Shown here: piece by piece, positions 59,464 through 64,000 of the stretch
How positions within the stretch are numbered: position 1 is the stretch's first letter
Layout of the letters: every line of letters begins with the position of its first letter
Assembly (NCBI GenBank): GCA_963827475.1
Contig: CAWHAZ010000005.1
Coordinates: forward strand, 704,001-768,000
From: an uncultured Chloroflexia bacterium
GTDB taxonomy: Bacteria; Chloroflexota; Limnocylindria; QHBO01
Length of the DNA stretch: 64,000 nt
Direction: 5' to 3'
The notes under the pieces: generated by a model
What the model was told of the DNA's origin: nothing
The model's input: the letters and a program-made list of their open reading frames with translations, nothing else
Databases searched by the model: none
Program-made: the position numbers and the translations under genes

Positions 59464-60867
59464 ATGGCGATCACCGAGACGACCCGCATCAACCGCCAGC
59501 GCCTGGCCGGTCTTGCCGACCGCGAGCAGGCGTCGTACGTGGCCCGCACCGCGCGCTCGCGCGAGCTGCTGGAACGGGCGAAGGCCGCGTTGCCGATGGG
59601 GATCGCCAGCTCGTTCCAGAACTACGACCCGTACCCCACGTTCATGCGCGAGTCGCTCGGCTCGCGGATCTGGGACGCCGACGGCAACGAGTACATCGAC
59701 TTCGACATGGCCTTCGGGGTGCTGGCCGCCGGTCACTCCCACCCGGAGGTGGTGGAGGCGGTCCGCGAGCGGGTCGGGCGGGGCACGATCTTCACCTTCC
59801 CCTCGGAGGAGACCGCGGTCGCGGCGGAGGAGATCAAGCGCCGATTCGGGATGGACCTCGTGCGGTTCGGCAACTCGGGGACCGAGGTCACGATGGACGG
59901 GATCCGGATCGCCCGCGGCTTCACCGGTCGCGACAAGATCCTGAAGTTCGAGGGCGGCTACCACGGCCACCACGACGACGTCCTGGTGAGCATCGTGCCG
60001 CCCGCCCAGCTGATGGGCCCGGTGGACGCCCCGAACACGGTTCCGGCCACCGCCGGCATCCCGCGCTCCCGGCTGGCGGACACGGTCGTCGCGCCGTTCA
60101 ACAACGCGGACGCGCTGGAGGCGATCCTCGACCGCAACCGGGGCGAGATCGCGGCCATCATCGTGGAGCCGATCCAGTACAACATCGGCGTCGTCCCGCC
60201 GCTCCCCGGGTTCCTCGAGCGCGTCCGCGAGCTGGCCACGGCCCACGGCATCGTGCTCATCTTCGACGAGGTCAAGACCGGCGTCGTCATCGCCTACGGC
60301 GGCGGGACCGAGCGATACGGCGTGGTGCCGGACATGGTGTGCCTGGCCAAGAGCATCGGTGGCGGACTGCCGGTGGCGGCCATCGCCGGTCGCGAGGCGG
60401 TCATGCGGGCCATCGAGGGCGGGGCGACGGCCACCACCCTGGGCACCGCCGAGTACGTCGCGCACCAGGGCACCTACAACGGGAACCCGGTCTCGATGGC
60501 GGCCACCGTCGCCACCCTGACCCGGGTGCTGACGCCGGACGTCTACCCGGAGCTCGAGCGGCGCGGCGACCGCCTCACCGCCGGCTGCCAGGCCATCCTC
60601 GAGGAGTACCGCCTGCCCGGATACGCGATCAATGTCGGCGCCAAGGGCGCCGTCCTGTTCAGCCCCAAGCGGGTCACGAACTACCGCGACTTCATCGGTA
60701 TCGACGAGGAGCTGTGGACCGCGTTCTACTTCTTCCTCGCCAACCGGGGCATCCTCCTGCCGCCGGGCTCCGACGAACAGTGGACCCTGTCCGTGGCGCA
60801 TACCGATGAGGACATCGAGCGCCACATCGAGGTCTTCGGCGAGTTCGCCAGGGAGCTGAACGGCTAG
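59464..60867 (+). CDS. Class III PLP aminotransferase (glutamate-1-semialdehyde aminomutase-like)
   Basis: D.DGNEYID, NSGTE, KFEG.YHG, LIFDEVKTG, KSIGGGLP, GTYNGNP. Confidence 0.88.
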   Translation: MAITETTRINRQRLAGLADREQASYVARTARSRELLERAKAALPMGIASSFQNYDPYPTFMRESLGSRIWDADGNEYIDFDMAFGVLAAGHSHPEVVEAVRERVGRGTIFTFPSEETAVAAEEIKRRFGMDLVRFGNSGTEVTMDGIRIARGFTGRDKILKFEGGYHGHHDDVLVSIVPPAQLMGPVDAPNTVPATAGIPRSRLADTVVAPFNNADALEAILDRNRGEIAAIIVEPIQYNIGVVPPLPGFLERVRELATAHGIVLIFDEVKTGVVIAYGGGTERYGVVPDMVCLAKSIGGGLPVAAIAGREAVMRAIEGGATATTLGTAEYVAHQGTYNGNPVSMAATVATLTRVLTPDVYPELERRGDRLTAGCQAILEEYRLPGYAINVGAKGAVLFSPKRVTNYRDFIGIDEELWTAFYFFLANRGILLPPGSDEQWTLSVAHTDEDIERHIEVFGEFARELNG

Positions 60868-60915
60868 GTCTGGCCCGTGGTGAGCGCCGGCCCGGCCTGC
60901 TAGGCTGCGGCTGGC

Positions 60916-61782
60916 ATGCTGGAGCGAGCTGGAGCTCCATTCCGCGGCTTCGGGGACTGGCTCGCGCGCGCCGTCGACGCCGTCTACCGCGTGCTCGGTC
61001 GGCCCGGGAAATGGCTCCAGGACTTCGTCAACGGTTCGTGGCTCGGGCACCCGGTCCACCCGGTCCTGACCGACGTCGTCATCGGCGGCGCGACCCTGCT
61101 GGTTCTCTTCGACCTGGCGACGCTCTTTCTCGGTACGAACGACCTCGAGACCGCCTCGCTGGTGGCCGTCGGCCTCGTCGCCCTGGCCGCCATCGGCGCC
61201 ACCCTGACCGGGCTCACGGAGTTCAAGGACACCCACACCGGGGACGAGCGGAACGTGGTCGTGCTCCACGGGCTGATCAACATCGCGGCCACCGCGGCCT
61301 ACATCGTCTCGTTCTTCGTCCGGCTGGGTGGGGCGGAGGACCTTGGGATCTGGTTCGCGCTCGCCGGGTTCGCGGTCCTGACCGTTGGCGGGTTCATCGG
61401 CGGCCATGTCGTCTTCAAGTACGGCTACACGGTGAACCGCAACGCGTTCGCCAAGGGACAGCGGGCGAAGGAGTTCACCCCGATCATCGCCGCGGCCGAC
61501 GTGCCGGAGGCCACCCCGACCAAGGTCATGCTCGGCAGCACGGCACTCGTCGTCGTCCGCCGGGGCGACGTGGTCCACGTCCTGAAGAACACGTGCTCGC
61601 ACGCCGGCGGCCCCCTGGACGAGGGGGAGCTGGTGGGGGACACGATCGTGTGCCCGTGGCACTCCTCGGCCTTCCGCCTGACCGATGGCGCCGTCCGCCA
61701 CGGACCGGCCACGACCCGCCAGGTGACCTATCGCTCGCGGGTCAATGACCTCCAGGTCGAGGTCCAGGGACCGGTCGACTGA
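60916..61782 (+). CDS. DUF2231 membrane domain + Rieske [2Fe-2S] protein
   Basis: WLGHPVHP.LTD, HG..N, GG.VV; CSHAGGPL, CPWHSS.F. Confidence 0.88.
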   Translation: MLERAGAPFRGFGDWLARAVDAVYRVLGRPGKWLQDFVNGSWLGHPVHPVLTDVVIGGATLLVLFDLATLFLGTNDLETASLVAVGLVALAAIGATLTGLTEFKDTHTGDERNVVVLHGLINIAATAAYIVSFFVRLGGAEDLGIWFALAGFAVLTVGGFIGGHVVFKYGYTVNRNAFAKGQRAKEFTPIIAAADVPEATPTKVMLGSTALVVVRRGDVVHVLKNTCSHAGGPLDEGELVGDTIVCPWHSSAFRLTDGAVRHGPATTRQVTYRSRVNDLQVEVQGPVD

Positions 61783-61822
61783 GCGGGTCGGGTAGACTCG
61801 CGCCGATTTGGCCAGTCCCCCC

Positions 61823-63004
61823 GTGACCCAGGGCGTGCCGGCGACCCCCTATCGGCTCACGCGTGAGCACGACGAGCTGCGGGCGCTCGTCCGGCAGCTG
61901 GCCGAGGAGCGGATCGCGCCCCGGGCGGCGGAGATCGACGCCACGGCGGAGTACCCCTGGGATCTCAAGCAGCTGCTCGCCGAGCACGACCTGCTCGGAA
62001 CCGGCTTCGAGGAGCGGTACGGCGGAACCGCGCTCGACGGGATCGGCCAGGCGATCGTGGTCGAGGAGGTCGCCCGGGCAGACGCCACGACCAGCCTGAT
62101 CCCGGTCATCCAGAAGCTCGGCGCGCTGCCGATCATGCTCGCCGGCACCGACGAGCAGAAGGATCGGTATTTCCCGCGCCTCGCCTCCGGGGAGTGGCTG
62201 CCGGCGTTTGCCCTGACCGAGGCCGGGGCGGGGAGCGACGTGGCGAGCATGCGGATGCGGGCGAGCCGCGACGGGGACGACTACCTGCTGTCGGGGACGA
62301 AGCGGTTCATCACCGGCGGCTCGGTCGCGAACATGCTCACCGTGTTCGCCCTGACCGATCCGGAGGCCGGCGGCCGGAAGGGGATGAGCGGGTTCATCGT
62401 GGAGACCGATACGCCCGGCTTTGCCGTCGCTCGCCTCGAGCACAAGATGGGCATCCGCGGCTCGCCCACCGCCGAGCTGACGTTCGACGACGTGCGGGTG
62501 CCGGCGGCGAACCGGCTGGGCGAGGAGGGAGACGGCTTCAAGATCGCGATGGCCACCCTCGATCGGTCCCGCCTCGCGATCGCGTCCCAGGCGGTCGGCA
62601 TCGCCCAGGGCGCGACCGACGCGGCACTCGCGTACGCGGCCGAGCGGCGGCAGTTCGGGGATCGGATCATCGATTTCCAGGCCATCCAGTTCATGCTCGC
62701 CGACATGGCCTCCCTGACGGAGGCCGCCCGCCAGCTGACGTACGCCGCCTGCGCCCGGGTCGATGACGACGACCCGAACCTCGCCTACTGGACCAGCGCC
62801 GCCAAGCTGATCGCGGGCGACACCGCGATGAAGGTCACCACCGACGCGGTCCAGGTCTACGGCGGCTACGGCTACTCGTCGGAGTACCCGGTCGAGCGGA
62901 TGATGCGTGACGCGAAGATCACCCAGCTGTACGAGGGCACTCAGCAGATCCAGCGCCTGGTCATCGCTCGGCGGCTGATGGCGATGGCCGGCATCGGCCG
63001 ATGA
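61823..63004 (+). CDS. Acyl-CoA dehydrogenase
   Basis: FALTE..AGSD, G.K.FIT, KMG, R.QFG, Q..GGYGY, RDAKI..LYEGT. Confidence 0.94.
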   Translation: MTQGVPATPYRLTREHDELRALVRQLAEERIAPRAAEIDATAEYPWDLKQLLAEHDLLGTGFEERYGGTALDGIGQAIVVEEVARADATTSLIPVIQKLGALPIMLAGTDEQKDRYFPRLASGEWLPAFALTEAGAGSDVASMRMRASRDGDDYLLSGTKRFITGGSVANMLTVFALTDPEAGGRKGMSGFIVETDTPGFAVARLEHKMGIRGSPTAELTFDDVRVPAANRLGEEGDGFKIAMATLDRSRLAIASQAVGIAQGATDAALAYAAERRQFGDRIIDFQAIQFMLADMASLTEAARQLTYAACARVDDDDPNLAYWTSAAKLIAGDTAMKVTTDAVQVYGGYGYSSEYPVERMMRDAKITQLYEGTQQIQRLVIARRLMAMAGIGR

Positions 63005-63780
63005 AGATCGTCGTCTGCGTCAAGCAGGTGCCGGCGACGACCTCCGAGAAGCGCTACACCTCCGACTACCGCCTCGACCGCGCCGCCACCGAGGCCATCG
63101 TCAATCCCCTCGACGAGTACGCCATCGAGCAGGCGCTGCGACTGAAGGAGGCCGGCGCCGCCGACGAGGTCTCGTACCTGACCATGGGTCCGGAGCCGGC
63201 CGCGGAGGCCGTGCGGCGCGCGCTGGCCATGGGCGGGGATGCGGGCTACCACGTCACCGACCCGGCCCTGGCCGGGGCCGACGAATGGGTCACCGCGCGC
63301 GTGCTGGCCGCGGCCCTCGACCAGCTGGCGCCCGACGTCAGCCTGATGGGCATGGCCTCGGACGACGCGCGCGGGTCGCTGGTGCCGGGCGCGGTGGCGG
63401 CCATCCGCGGCGTGCCCCTGCTGGCCTACGGCGCCGAGCTGCGCCTGACCGATGGCGCCGCCCAGATCCGCCGCCTGAACCCGACCGGGTTCGACATCCT
63501 CGAAGCGCCGTTGCCGGTCGTGGCCAGCGTCACCGACCAGGTGGGGGAGCCGCGCTACGCGAGCCTGAAGGGGATCATGGCCGCGCGGCGGCTGGAGCTC
63601 ACGACCTGGTCCCTCGCCGATCTCGAGCTGGACGCGGCCGGCCTGACCTCGCGAACGCGGGTGGTCGAGGCCACGCCGCCGGCGGCGAAGCCGCCGGCCG
63701 AACGGATCACCGGGGTCGGCGCCGACGAGGCCGCCACGCGGATCGCGGACTGGCTCGCCGCGCGGAAGCTCATCGCCTGA
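63001..63780 (+). CDS. etfB: Electron transfer flavoprotein beta subunit
   Basis: VCVKQVP, NP.DEYA.E.AL, ALAMG, PRYASLKGIM. Confidence 0.94.
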   Translation: MKIVVCVKQVPATTSEKRYTSDYRLDRAATEAIVNPLDEYAIEQALRLKEAGAADEVSYLTMGPEPAAEAVRRALAMGGDAGYHVTDPALAGADEWVTARVLAAALDQLAPDVSLMGMASDDARGSLVPGAVAAIRGVPLLAYGAELRLTDGAAQIRRLNPTGFDILEAPLPVVASVTDQVGEPRYASLKGIMAARRLELTTWSLADLELDAAGLTSRTRVVEATPPAAKPPAERITGVGADEAATRIADWLAARKLIA

Positions 63781-64000
63781 TGGCGGACGTCGCGTTCCTG
63801 GCCGAGTTCGCCGAGGGCCAGCCCACCCGTGCCGCGCTCGAGCTGGCCGCGGGTGCCGCGGAGCTGGCCGCCGGGGGCGCGGCGATCGGACTGGCCTACG
63901 GTCCCGGCGCTGCGGATGGGGCCGGCAGCCTGGGAGCGGCCGGGGCCGGCCGGGTGCTCGTCCTCGACTCGTCGGGCGCGCCGGCGGTGACCGTGGCCGG
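63780..64000 (+). CDS. etfA: Electron transfer flavoprotein alpha subunit (3'-truncated)
   Basis: ATG overlaps the etfB stop; AE..EG....ALEL..A..L N-terminal pattern. Confidence 0.75.
   Translation, partial: MADVAFLAEFAEGQPTRAALELAAGAAELAAGGAAIGLAYGPGAADGAGSLGAAGAGRVLVLDSSGAPAVTVA

Overview
High-GC bacterial chromosomal window; the gene content and order suggest Chloroflexota (inference only). Most of it is core genes on the + strand: femX-like, rel, hisS-aspS, iscS-mnmA, alaS-ruvX-mltG-M24 peptidase-efp-xseAB-dxs-tlyA-nadK-xerD-punA-scpAB-rluB/cmk-plsC-ispH, der-gpsA, Moco genes, and fadF-like/acd/etfBA. About a dozen genes, several of them essential, carry single-base frameshifts that look like sequencing indels. 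The most unusual part is 42.85-49.0 kb. An intact tRNA-Pro(GGG) is followed by two tandem islands with no integrase, each closed by a copy of the tRNA 3' half that is preceded by the same conserved hairpin arm. Island 1 is an array of unrelated single genes separated by five copies of a ~48-bp non-coding repeat. The repeat has a variable palindromic 6-bp core (CCTAGG or CTGCAG) and matches neither integron attC nor CRISPR, so it is a candidate novel gene-cassette capture system. Island 2 holds three paralogous His/Cys3 zinc-finger mini-genes. Other notes: an orphan ectC, a truncated KdpD plus KdpE upstream of a KimA-like transporter, an RluB-Cmk fusion, twin ECF/anti-sigma pairs with a shared promoter motif, and pervasive leaderless promoters.
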